A stretch of 30,590 nucleotides of DNA. It comes from Deltaproteobacteria bacterium TL4 (GTDB lineage Bacteria > SAR324 > NAC60-12). The stretch covers positions 1 to 30,590 of the forward strand of contig JBBCAX010000391.1 of the NCBI GenBank assembly GCA_051382335.1, in the 5' to 3' direction. The position numbers and the translations under genes are program-made. Shown one piece after another: positions 16,289 through 26,200 of the stretch (within the stretch, counting starts at the first letter, position 1; each line of letters starts with the position of its first letter). A model generated the notes under the pieces. That model did not search any database. It was not told the origin of the DNA and was given only the letters and a program-made list of their open reading frames with translations.

Positions 16289-17575
16289 TTATATTCGTTT
16301 AATATTAGCACCAAGAGCATTCAAGCGTTGATCAATATGCTCATAACCCCGATCAATCTGATGGATGTTCTGAATGACACTTTGCCCCTTTGCTCCGAGT
16401 GCCGCAATGAGTAAGGACATTCCCGCACGAATATCCGGAGATGAAAGACTGGTGCCATGGAGACGTGACGGTCCTGTGACCACAACGCGATGCGGATCGC
16501 AGAGAATCACATGGGCTCCCATGGCGATCAGTTTATCCACCCAAAAAAGGCGGCTTTCAAACATTTTTTCAAAAATCAACACCGTTCCTGTGCATTGAGT
16601 TGCCACGACAGTCATAATGCTGGTTAAATCCGCGGGAAAACCAGGCCAGGGGGCATCATCAATTTTGGGAACACCTAACGCGGGGTCATTGATGACTGCC
16701 ATTTTCTGGGCTTGAGGAACGAACAGGTCATTGCCTTGAACGTGTGTTTCCACGCCAAGTCGCTCAAACATCATACGAATCATTCGCAAATGTTGAACAC
16801 CGGCTTGTTTAATCAATAGTTCCCCATTAGTCACCGCAGCCAAACCGATGAAGGAGCCAACTTCAATATGATCCGGTTGAATCGTATAATCACATCCGTG
16901 CAAACGGGAGACACCATCAACATGGATCAGATTACTTCCAATCCCTGTAATATGGGCCCCCATTGCGGTGAGCATATGACACAACCCCTGAACATGCGGT
17001 TCACAAGCCGCGTTGTAAATCGTAGTTTGCCCCCAAGCCATCACAGCCGCCATAATCACGTTTTCAGTGGCCATCACACTGGCTTCATCCAAATAGACAT
17101 CAATGCCGTGAAGCCCCTCGGTTCGCATCAGGTACATGCCCTTGTCATCCAGTTCAATCTGAGCTCCCAAACTTTTTAACGCCAGCAGATGCGTATTCAC
17201 CGGACGAATGCCAATTTTATCCCCCCCAGGCGCAGGAAGATTAATGGCTCCTTTTCGATTCAGCATCGGACCTGCCAACAGGAATGAGCCTCGAATACGG
17301 GAGGCTAATTCCGTTGAGGGGGTGCTGGTATGAAGCGTTTTGGCTTGAAAGCGATAGGTGTGGGGTTCCAGACAGAGGACTTCGACGCCAAGATTTACCA
17401 GTAATTCACGCATGTCCTCAATATCGGCAATTTGGGGGACATTCCTTAAAATCACAGGCTCTTCTGTGAGCAAAACTGCCGCTAAAACGGGTAAGGCTTC
17501 ATTTTTATTGCCGGCAGGGGTAATTTCTCCAGAAATCGGAGTTCCCCCCTCAACTACAAATTGTGCGATATCCAT
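16289..17575 (-). CDS. murA: UDP-N-acetylglucosamine 1-carboxyvinyltransferase (Asp at the Cys115-equivalent position)
   Basis: GNKNEALP, RGSFLLAGP, PGGDKIGIRP, SVMATEN, PWPGFPAD, FESR, DIRAG and IDRGYE motifs. Confidence 0.98.
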   Translation of the reverse strand: MDIAQFVVEGGTPISGEITPAGNKNEALPVLAAVLLTEEPVILRNVPQIADIEDMRELLVNLGVEVLCLEPHTYRFQAKTLHTSTPSTELASRIRGSFLLAGPMLNRKGAINLPAPGGDKIGIRPVNTHLLALKSLGAQIELDDKGMYLMRTEGLHGIDVYLDEASVMATENVIMAAVMAWGQTTIYNAACEPHVQGLCHMLTAMGAHITGIGSNLIHVDGVSRLHGCDYTIQPDHIEVGSFIGLAAVTNGELLIKQAGVQHLRMIRMMFERLGVETHVQGNDLFVPQAQKMAVINDPALGVPKIDDAPWPGFPADLTSIMTVVATQCTGTVLIFEKMFESRLFWVDKLIAMGAHVILCDPHRVVVTGPSRLHGTSLSSPDIRAGMSLLIAALGAKGQSVIQNIHQIDRGYEHIDQRLNALGANIKRI

Positions 17576-17576
17576 A

Positions 17577-18401
17577 TCATCCTACCCCATAACATTCGTT
17601 CCGTTGGTGATTTTGCACAGGCATATCCCTACGTACTTTCATTAAATAATCGAGATCCAGCTTGCCAATAATCAATCCCGGACAATCCGGCGCACAGGCC
17701 ACAATAGTTCCCCAAGGGTTGATCAATACGGTACGTCCATAAGAGATTCTTGTGCCATAATGCCACCCCCACTGAGCGGGTGCCGCAATAAAAACCTGAT
17801 TTTCTATAGCACGGGCCTGGAGTAAAGGAAACCAATGATCCTTGCCTGTGTGTAGAAAAAAGGCGGCAGGAACAAAAATAATTTCCGCACCCTTGGCCAC
17901 CAAATGTTGGTATAACCCAGGAAACCTTAAATCATAACAAATGCTCAACCCTATTTTCCCAATTTCATGCTCAACCACCACCACCTCACTGCCCGCTTTG
18001 ATGTGCTGGGATTCTACGTTCTTAAGCTGGGGTGAATCAATGTCACATAAATGAATCTTGCGATAAACGCCTTTGATTTCTCCCTCTCGATCAATTAAAA
18101 CCGAAGTGTTGTATGTTCTGAAACGTTCATCAGAAACTTTCTCATAAAAGCTTCCCATCAGAATGGAAAGGTTATACTGTCGGGCATAGCCCTGAAACCG
18201 TTGAACAAATTCTCCGTCAAGGCTTTGTGCAAGGCGCAGTTTTTCAGCTTTATCTTCACCCACATAAAGGAACATTTCCGGGAAAGCAATCAGGGAGACC
18301 CCGGCTTCATGCGCCTCTTGTATTAAATGGAGCGCATAATCCAGGTTATCTTGTAAAGGGGCACTGGCATTGACTTGTGCCAGACCAATGAGATGCGTCA
18401 T
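17577..18401 (-). CDS. Carbon-nitrogen hydrolase (Nit1/deaminated glutathione amidase-like)
   Basis: E-K-C triad in FPEMF, YRKIHL and ICYDLRFP, plus PAAF...TG..HW and ARAIENQ. Confidence 0.93.
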   Translation of the reverse strand: MTHLIGLAQVNASAPLQDNLDYALHLIQEAHEAGVSLIAFPEMFLYVGEDKAEKLRLAQSLDGEFVQRFQGYARQYNLSILMGSFYEKVSDERFRTYNTSVLIDREGEIKGVYRKIHLCDIDSPQLKNVESQHIKAGSEVVVVEHEIGKIGLSICYDLRFPGLYQHLVAKGAEIIFVPAAFFLHTGKDHWFPLLQARAIENQVFIAAPAQWGWHYGTRISYGRTVLINPWGTIVACAPDCPGLIIGKLDLDYLMKVRRDMPVQNHQRNECYGVG

Positions 18402-19681
18402 GCCATTTCTCCTACAATGCTGATCGGCTTAAGCTGATGACAAAGCTTCTGTATATTTTCCGGTAAAGCCGTAAGTTTTAAATGGATGCCATCTTCCTTA
18501 TATTCAATTTGATCCACACGTGTCCATTCATAAATTTGCGCGAGTTGATGTGTAGATTGGTAATCCAGTATGATCCATAAGGTTTCCATTTTTTGCTCAA
18601 AAAACGTAATGATTTTTTTTTGAAGTGCTTCAACCTGACCACTTGAGGCTGAAACAAAAATGGCCTGTTCATATTTTTTTTCCAGGATCAACTGACGATA
18701 AGGCTCTAATTGATCAATTTTGTTAAAAACCAACAAAACAGGGACACAATGAGCACCGATCTCCTCAAGGACCGTTACTGTCGTTTTAATATGCGCCTCA
18801 TAATCACCGTTAACATCAACGACGTGTAATAACAAGTCCGCATCTCGAATGATTTCAAGCGTTGAACGAAAGGAAGCAACCAATTCATGGGGAAGATTCC
18901 TGATAAAACCGACGGTATCGGAAAGCAAGATCTTGGGCCGGTTGTGGGTGTCCATTAAGCGGGTGGTTGATTCGAGTGTGGCAAAGAGTTTATCTTCCAC
19001 CAAAAAATCGGAATGAGTCAGCGCATTCATCAGGGTTGACTTCCCGGCATTGGTATAACCGATCAAGCTGATCTGTAAACAATCCTGGCGACGTTTTTTC
19101 TGAGTGTTACGCTCATTTTCCAGTCGCTTTAATTCCTGCTTGAATTGGGTAATTCGATCCTTCAGAACTTGACGGTCTTTTTCAATCTGTTTTTCTCCTG
19201 TACCCCGAGACAGACTGATTCCTCCACGTTCCCGATCCAAATGCTGCCACATTCCCACCAACCGCGGGAGTAAATATTCCGCCTGAGCCAGGCTGATTTG
19301 CAGTTTGGCTTCACGGGTCTGTGCGTTAATGCCAAAAATCTCAAGAATCACCTGAGTCCGGTCGTAAATAAGACACTCTAACGCTTTCTCGAGAGTTTGA
19401 TACTGTTTTGGTGACAATGCGGCGTCAACAATCACAGTTTCTATCTGTTTCTGTTCCACTAATTCCTTGATCTCCTGCAATTTCCCTTTACCAATATAGG
19501 TCCCAGGATGAATCTTGGGTCGTGCTTGAATGAGTGTGTCCTCGATAGTGCATCCCATCGTCGTCGCTAACGACTTTAATTCTTCAAGCGAATGCAAAAC
19601 GTCTGCTTCAGATTGCTCAGGCAATTGGATTGCCACTAATATGGCTTTTCTGAGACTGATCCTTTCGTTTTCTGGTTTCAA
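18398..19681 (-). CDS. hflX: Ribosome-splitting GTPase HflX
   Basis: GKGK, DRTQVILEIF, GYTNAGKST, LFATL, DTVGFI and NKID motifs. Start uncertain: TTG at 19681 behind AGAGGAG, but the ORF is open to 19780. Confidence 0.96.
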   Translation of the reverse strand: MKPENERISLRKAILVAIQLPEQSEADVLHSLEELKSLATTMGCTIEDTLIQARPKIHPGTYIGKGKLQEIKELVEQKQIETVIVDAALSPKQYQTLEKALECLIYDRTQVILEIFGINAQTREAKLQISLAQAEYLLPRLVGMWQHLDRERGGISLSRGTGEKQIEKDRQVLKDRITQFKQELKRLENERNTQKKRRQDCLQISLIGYTNAGKSTLMNALTHSDFLVEDKLFATLESTTRLMDTHNRPKILLSDTVGFIRNLPHELVASFRSTLEIIRDADLLLHVVDVNGDYEAHIKTTVTVLEEIGAHCVPVLLVFNKIDQLEPYRQLILEKKYEQAIFVSASSGQVEALQKKIITFFEQKMETLWIILDYQSTHQLAQIYEWTRVDQIEYKEDGIHLKLTALPENIQKLCHQLKPISIVGEMA

Positions 19682-19882
19682 AACTCCTCTTTTTTCATAA
19701 AAACCGTCCCCTGAGGAACAAAATAAATGGTTAAAAAGATCGACTACACTCATCATACACGGAAACATTGTGTGATTCAAGATCCTCTCTCGCTCAGAAA
19801 ATTAATTAAATGATCGTGTTTGTGCCTCCGGACCAACTCGCTGAAATCATAGGAATAAAAAATATTTTTTTGTATTTTAGGA

Positions 19883-19912
19883 TTGACATCCTAAAAAAAT
19901 ATGCTAAATAAT
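19883..19912 (+). promoter_or_regulatory. Sigma70-type promoter of the hsp20 operon
   Basis: Perfect TTGACA at 19883-19888 and an AT-rich -10 (TAAATA/AATAAT) at 19905-19912, immediately upstream of the CIRCE. Confidence 0.7.
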
Positions 19913-19917
19913 AGTTA

Positions 19918-19944
19918 TTAGCACTCTTCACTATGAAGTGCTAA
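19918..19944. promoter_or_regulatory. CIRCE element (HrcA operator)
   Basis: TTAGCACTC-TTCACTATG-AAGTGCTAA differs by one base from TTAGCACTC-N9-GAGTGCTAA and lies upstream of two heat-shock genes. Confidence 0.93.
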
Positions 19945-19996
19945 CAATGTGGTTATAATTTTTTTGAACTATTGAACGTCAGATGCAGGAGGTCTT

Positions 19997-20422
19997 ATGT
20001 GGACATCACTATCAAGTACATTGGATACGCTGCTGGCTCTCCAAGACGCAATGGAACGAGCAGGAAGGACTGAATATTTTGGATCGAGTACCACCAGTGC
20101 CGGGGGATATCCCCTTGTCAATATTTTTGACAAGGATGGTGATTATGTGGTGGTTGCGGAGTTACCTGGGATCAAAAAAGAAGATTTGAACTTGGAAGTC
20201 AAAGAGAATTTGTTACGTCTCGCTGGAGAACGCAAGATTGAATACGGAAAAGAGGTCAGCGGACATCGAATCGAGCGTCGACCCTATCGTTTTGATCGTA
20301 CACTGAAGCTCCCCTTTCGAGTGGATCAAAATAAAATCAGGGCGGAATATAATAATGGTCTGCTCGCCATCTCTCTGCCACGGGCTGAATCGGATAAACC
20401 CAAACAAATTGCTATTAACTAA
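19997..20422 (+). CDS. Hsp20/alpha-crystallin small heat-shock protein
   Basis: YPLVNI, AELPGI, GERK, RIER...FDR and AEYNNGLLAISLP motifs, C-terminal IxI, AGGAGG RBS. Confidence 0.97.
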   Translation: MWTSLSSTLDTLLALQDAMERAGRTEYFGSSTTSAGGYPLVNIFDKDGDYVVVAELPGIKKEDLNLEVKENLLRLAGERKIEYGKEVSGHRIERRPYRFDRTLKLPFRVDQNKIRAEYNNGLLAISLPRAESDKPKQIAIN

Positions 20423-20440
20423 TTTTTGAATGGAGGTCCT

Positions 20441-20851
20441 ATGAGCACGCAAAACAAAGAAATTTCAAAAAAAGAAAATGAGGAACTACAAAAGCAAGAA
20501 ATTAAAGAAGAAAAAACGGTAGCGGGACGTTATTACCACCCGCAAACCGATATTGTTGAGACCCAGAACAGCCTTTTGGTTACGATGGATATGCCTGGAG
20601 TCAAAAAGGAAAACGTGGAAGTTAAACTGGAAAGTAACGTTCTGGAAGTTGAAGGACATATTGATTTTTCACCGTATCAAAACATGAAACCCGTTTATAG
20701 TGAGTACAATGTAGGACATTATACTCGGAAATTTACGGTGTCCAATACGATCGATACGGCAAAAATTGAGGCAAACATGGTGAATGGCGTGTTGACTTTG
20801 ACACTTCCTAAAGCACCTGAAGTTCAACCTAGGAGAATTTCGGTTAAGTAA
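20441..20851 (+). CDS. Hsp20/alpha-crystallin small heat-shock protein (second of pair)
   Basis: PQTDIVET, DMPGV, EY..GHYTRKF and NGVLTLTLPK motifs, C-terminal ISV, GGAGG RBS before ATG 20441. Confidence 0.97.
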   Translation: MSTQNKEISKKENEELQKQEIKEEKTVAGRYYHPQTDIVETQNSLLVTMDMPGVKKENVEVKLESNVLEVEGHIDFSPYQNMKPVYSEYNVGHYTRKFTVSNTIDTAKIEANMVNGVLTLTLPKAPEVQPRRISVK

Positions 20852-20872
20852 AAGATTAAGGTAGATAATTTT

Positions 20873-20912
20873 CAAGGTCGCCTGGCACAAGTGAGGCGAC
20901 CTTGTCGGTTTT
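20873..20912 (+). terminator. Probable intrinsic terminator after the hsp20 pair
   Basis: CAAGGTCGCCT / AGGCGACCTTG perfect 11-bp stem (20873-20904), followed by TCGGTTTT. Confidence 0.7.
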
Positions 20913-21376
20913 CGTGATTATTGAAAAAGAGTCCCATCCTGCCTGGTGGGAGGAAACCGGACGGAAGAATGATGAAAACTTGTGCGTGTGAGTAACAGTT
21001 TCTTTTAGATCAAATCAAAGAAATTCGTCGCTATTTAAACTATAGAAGATTTGACTTCTTTGACTGCTTGGTTTATTTGAGGACGAGCAAAAAGCATATC
21101 AAATTTATTAAAAAAATAACGGATCCTTTTATCACAGAGTCGCAAAGAGCGCAGAGGAATGAATAATCGTTTTTTTGCGGAATTTAGTGTTCACTGTATT
21201 AGATGGATAGTTGTTTTTGTGATTGTCCTTGTGTAAGGCTTTGCGGGTGGCCTCAAAAAATTATTGCCGTTTTGAAAAGAATTTCAGAACTAAAGGGCGA
21301 GGACGTACCCCCGGTTTTAGTTCGCCGGTTATGTCATGTGATAAAACCGGTTCAAATTTTACAATGCAGGAGCAAT

Positions 21377-23149
21377 ATGACCAAAGAATTATATGATATC
21401 GGTGAATTACCCCCCTTGGGAGAGGTTCCCGAAAACATGCATGCATGGTTAATCCGACCAGAACGGTTTGGAGAACCCAAAGATTCATTTCAACTGGAAG
21501 TCGTAAAAACACCCTCAATTGCTGATGATGAAGTGCTGGTCTGCGTGATGGCCGCCGGTGTCAATTATAACAACGTCTGGGCCGCATTGGGAATCCCTGT
21601 CAACGTGATCGTAGCGAGAAAGAAGGCGGGAGAGCCTGAGGATTTTCATATCGGGGGTAGTGACGCCTCTGGAATCGTATATAAAGTTGGAAAAGACGTC
21701 ACCAATGTCAAAGTTGGAGATGAAGTGGTGATTCATTGTGGAACTTGGTCCCGGGATTGTCCTGTGGTTAAAAGTGGCGAGGACCCCATGTTTTCCCCGA
21801 GTTTTCAAATCTGGGGCTATGAAACCAATTACGGCAGTTTTGCTCAGTTTACAAGAGTCCAGTCTCATCAATGTCTGCCCAAACCCAAACATTTAACCTG
21901 GGAAGGTTCAGCCGCCTATATGCTGGTTGGAGCCACTGCCTACCGAATGCTGCTCGGCTGGGGCATCCATTCATTAAAGAAAAATGATGTGGTATTAATC
22001 TGGGGCGGAGCCGGTGGACTGGGTTCGATGGCAATTCAGATTGTCAAGGCCTTGGGGGGTATTCCCGTTGCCGTGGTTTCAGATTCCTCCAAATTTGAAT
22101 ATTGCATAAAGCTGGGAGCCAAAGGGTGTATCAACCGCAAAGATTTTGACCACTGGGGAATGCTTCCTCACTGGAAGGATACGGCCGGTTATGCCACCTG
22201 GCTGAAAGGTGTTCGAAAATTTGGAGCGGCTATCTGGGATATTTTGGGTGAGAAGCGTAATCCACGGATCATCTTTGAACACCCGGGTGAAACAACCATC
22301 CCCACCTCCATTTTTGCCTGTGAACCCGGAGGCATGGTGGTTATCTGTGCCGGAACCACCGGGTATAATGCCACAGTAGATTTGAGATATCTCTGGATGA
22401 GACAGAAACGTCTTCAGGGATCACATTTTGCCAACGATGACCAATCCGAAGGAGTGAATAATCTGGTCCTGGAGGGACTGGTGGATCCCTGCCTGTCCCA
22501 GTCCTTTACGATTGATCAACTGCCGTATGCCCATCAGTTAATGTATGAGAACAAACATCCGCATGGAAATATGTCTGTTTTAATTGGAGCCACTGAGTTT
22601 GGAACGGGAAAATCAGCAAAATCGCCAGTGAAGCGCAAGCCCGTAGATACCAGTGTTTACGAGCGGCCTGCCCGCAATTTTCCACCTCAGGTCCCCAATG
22701 CGGCGGGAACTCAACTGCCCTCAGATCTGTTCAATCCCGATATTTTCCCTGAGGAAGTTTTGCCGATCCGGGACATGGTAACCAGTGGCGTGATTTCATG
22801 TGGTTTAGCAACCACGCTGGGTGAAGTTTCGGATATTATGCTGGAAAAACAGATTCATGCGGTAGTTGTTGTTGAGAATGATCAGCCTGTTGGCGTTGTC
22901 TCTCAAACAGATTTGGTATTAGCGTACCAGACTCGTACCCTGGAGCAGCTCAGACAGACACCCGCCAGTGAAGTCATGAGCAGGGGCTGTATTACCTGTG
23001 GCCTGGATACATTATTATCAGACGCCATTACCATCATGACCCGAAATGGAATTCATCGCATTGTCGTTGTCAGTGAAAAGGAGGGGAAAAGCGAAGTTTA
23101 TGGCGTGCTTTCCATGACAGATATTATTGGTAAGTTCATCCGTAAATGA
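21377..23149 (+). CDS. ccr: Crotonyl-CoA carboxylase/reductase with a C-terminal CBS-domain pair
   Basis: AGGAG RBS and [15 protein letters not shown] start. Ccr motifs [39 protein letters not shown] and [15 protein letters not shown]. After a Pro-rich linker, two CBS repeats ([12 protein letters not shown]...[21 protein letters not shown]...GVLSMTDI). Confidence 0.95.
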   Translation: MTKELYDIGELPPLGEVPENMHAWLIRPERFGEPKDSFQLEVVKTPSIADDEVLVCVMAAGVNYNNVWAALGIPVNVIVARKKAGEPEDFHIGGSDASGIVYKVGKDVTNVKVGDEVVIHCGTWSRDCPVVKSGEDPMFSPSFQIWGYETNYGSFAQFTRVQSHQCLPKPKHLTWEGSAAYMLVGATAYRMLLGWGIHSLKKNDVVLIWGGAGGLGSMAIQIVKALGGIPVAVVSDSSKFEYCIKLGAKGCINRKDFDHWGMLPHWKDTAGYATWLKGVRKFGAAIWDILGEKRNPRIIFEHPGETTIPTSIFACEPGGMVVICAGTTGYNATVDLRYLWMRQKRLQGSHFANDDQSEGVNNLVLEGLVDPCLSQSFTIDQLPYAHQLMYENKHPHGNMSVLIGATEFGTGKSAKSPVKRKPVDTSVYERPARNFPPQVPNAAGTQLPSDLFNPDIFPEEVLPIRDMVTSGVISCGLATTLGEVSDIMLEKQIHAVVVVENDQPVGVVSQTDLVLAYQTRTLEQLRQTPASEVMSRGCITCGLDTLLSDAITIMTRNGIHRIVVVSEKEGKSEVYGVLSMTDIIGKFIRK

Positions 23150-23158
23150 GAAGAAACA

Positions 23159-23187
23159 GACGCAACGTTGAAAAGAAGCGTTGCGTC
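23159..23187. terminator. Hairpin between convergent genes, possible bidirectional terminator
   Basis: GACGCAACG ... CGTTGCGTC perfect 9-bp stem between the ccr stop and the lipoprotein stop. Confidence 0.6.
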
Positions 23188-23207
23188 AACAGGTTTAAGC
23201 AACAAGG

Positions 23208-26200
23208 TCAGTCGTTATCTTTGTTGACCACTTTTATGTTTGGAGGATTAAGTCCCAAATACTTCAAGTCCAGACTTTTTGCCATTTCAAGAGAAACCGT
23301 ATATTTCTGGTCTCCATCTTTTTTGGAGTCATCCACTCCCGTCACACTTACTTTTTGAGGTTGATTCCAATTCAGCGGCGTGAAGGTGAGTGCTGAAACA
23401 GCAAGACTGCCTTCCGTTTTGTCAGAGACGGATAGAGGGATGGTGACCTCTTTGGTGGGTTGACTGTCAAGTCGAACCGTAAATATTGCCACATCACCGT
23501 TTTCGCTGGTGTCCGAGCTTATTTCGCTGACGGTGATCCCATGACTGTCATTATCCATGTTGGTGATTTTGATATCTTTGGGAACAATATTCTTATAAAG
23601 CTCATCCGTACTATCCAGCGCACCCAAAACCACAATAAATTTTTGATTTCCATCGGCGACCAGATCATCAACACCTGTGACGATGACTTCAAGTTCTTTC
23701 CAGTTCGCGGGAGTAAAGACCAGTTCTGAGGAGGTTACTGTTCCTTCTGAGGTGTCACTGCTGGTAATGGGTAAGGTGACGTTGGCTGTGGGTTGACTTT
23801 TCAGGCTAAGGATTATCGTATTGGTCGTACCTTCTTCTTTAACAGCGGAAGTGCCTGCAAACCAGTTTACTTTTTCTTTTAAGGAAACCTCAACCCCCGC
23901 ACTATCATCATCAATATTGGTCAAGAGCACATCCCCCGGATCTCTACTCTGATAATTGGAGTCCTGACTGCTTGCCGCACCGATCTCAATCACATAATTC
24001 TGGTCACCATCATCAATACCCTCATTGACCCCCATAACTGTGATTTTGTGTTCCGCATTCCAATCCTCAGGAGTAAAAACAAGCTCTGAAACGTTAACTG
24101 CGCCTTCTGTGGGTTTACTTGAGGCGATGGGAAAGCTGACATTGGACTTCGGTTGACTGGTAAGACTGACGGTAATGGACGTACTCCCACCCTCTTCCGT
24201 GGTGGTTGTCACTTCCCGCCACCAATGTTTTTCCACACTCAGGATCACACCAGGACTATCATTATCGACATTGACTAGGGAGATATTCGCGGGATCCAAT
24301 CCATTGTAATGCTCATCCTTACTTTGGATTACTCCCAGATCAATCGTAACGGATTGATCTCCATCTGCGACCTCGTCATTCACACCGGTTACAGTGACTT
24401 TGTGACTGGTTGAATTCCAATTTTTTGGAGTAAATTTGAGTTCTGCAGGACTTACGGCAGCTTCATTGTGATTGCTGCTGGAAAGAGAAAGAACCACATC
24501 CTGAAGGGGTTGGCTTTTCAGACGGACAGTAAACGTCACCGTATCCTGATTTTCGCTAAGTTGTCCTGAAGGTTCACTGACGAGGATTCCGGAACTGTCG
24601 TTATCAATATTAACTATCGTAATATCGTCAGGGTTGATGGCTTGGTAACCTTTATCCGCACTGCTGATTTTTTCTAAAATCACTTTAAACTCCTGATCGC
24701 CGTCAGCAATTGAATCATCAACACCTGAGACTTTAATGCGGTGATCGGTGGCGTTCCAGTTGGTGGGAGTGAAGACTAATTTGGAAGGCGTGACCTTTCC
24801 TTCCTTCTCATTGCTGCTGGAGATCGGAATCGTCACACTTTTTGTAGGCTGACTTGTTAATCGAACACTGAAGGTTGCGGTGTCTCCGTCTTCGGCTGTT
24901 TTTCCTGACAACTCACTAAGCAAAACACCCGTGCTATCATCATCTGTATTAACCACGAAGACATCTTGAGGCTTTTCTTTGTTATACTTACCATCATTGC
25001 TGCTTGCCTTGGCCAAGACAACCTTAACCTTTTGATCCCCATCGGCTACATGATCATTAACCCCGGTAACAGTCACAATATGACTCGTCGCATTCCAGTT
25101 TTGAGCAGTGAACACCAATTTGTCAGGTTTAACCGTGGCTTCTGTGGTATCATTACTGCTAACTCCGACGGAGACATTCGACGTGGGTTCACTATTCAAC
25201 TGTACCCTAAACGTAGCGGAGGTTCCTTCCTCATTGACGTTATTGCTGATTGAGCTTACTGTGAATCCCGCGGAATCGCCATCAACATTGGTGACACTGA
25301 CATCCTCGACATCCATCCCTTCATAGTTTGGATCCTCACTCATAGCGACCCCCAAAACGATACGGTATTTTTGATTGCCATCATCTATTGAATCATTCAC
25401 TCCCGTAAGTGTCACCACATGCTCCGTAGCATTCCAGTTTTGAGGCGTGAATACCAGTTGACCAGGGCTCACAATCCCTTCGGAGGTGTCACTGCTTGCA
25501 ATGGGGAGGGTTACCGCTGAGGTCGGCTGACTGTTTAAGCGCACAGAAAACGTGGCTTGGGTTCCCTCTTCTCTGGTTTCTCCACTGAGCGTGCTTACGG
25601 AAATACCCGCAGTGTCGTCATCTTGATTGCTTAATTGGATTTCTTTTAATTTGACTCGGTTATAAGTGGGATCCTCACTAATGGATTCAACAAAGACGAC
25701 ACGATAGGCTTGCGTTTCATCATCAATCGAATCATCAACGCCGGTGACGGTCACTTCATGATTCACCGCTTTCCAATTTTCTGGAGTAAAGATCAACTCG
25801 GAGGGGTCCACGATCCCCTCTTCCGGATTACTGCTATTCAAGGGAATGGTCACATTGGAAGTCGGTTGGCTTTCAAGACTGACCGAAAATTTAATAGCTT
25901 TTCCCGACTCGGAAGTGCTGGACGTGGAACCAAACAGGCTTTGTTTCAGAAGCACAGTAATTCCAGGACTATCATTATCCGCATTGCTGAGGGAGACATC
26001 CTCAGGATCCAGCTCATTGTAATTGAGATCTCTGCTGTTCGCGGCACCAAGCATAATGGCATACGCCTGATCCCCATCGGCAACATCGTCATTTATCCCG
26101 GTAACCGTAACCCAGTGGTTTGACGCGTTCCAATTATCCGTGGAGAAAGTCAGGGTTGAGGGGGTCACTGTGGCTTCAGTCTCATCGCTGCTGGAAACGG

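Noticed and set aside
21230..21275. c-di-GMP-I riboswitch suggested by CGCAAAGCC on the minus strand
   Set aside because: The GGCAAA/GAAA-tetraloop P2 hairpin is absent, and the orientation is opposite to ccr.
21203..21376. Cys-rich N-terminal extension of Ccr shown in the ORF track
   Set aside because: Family similarity starts at MTKELYDIG (21377), which has a good AGGAG RBS. The extension is probably just an open leader.
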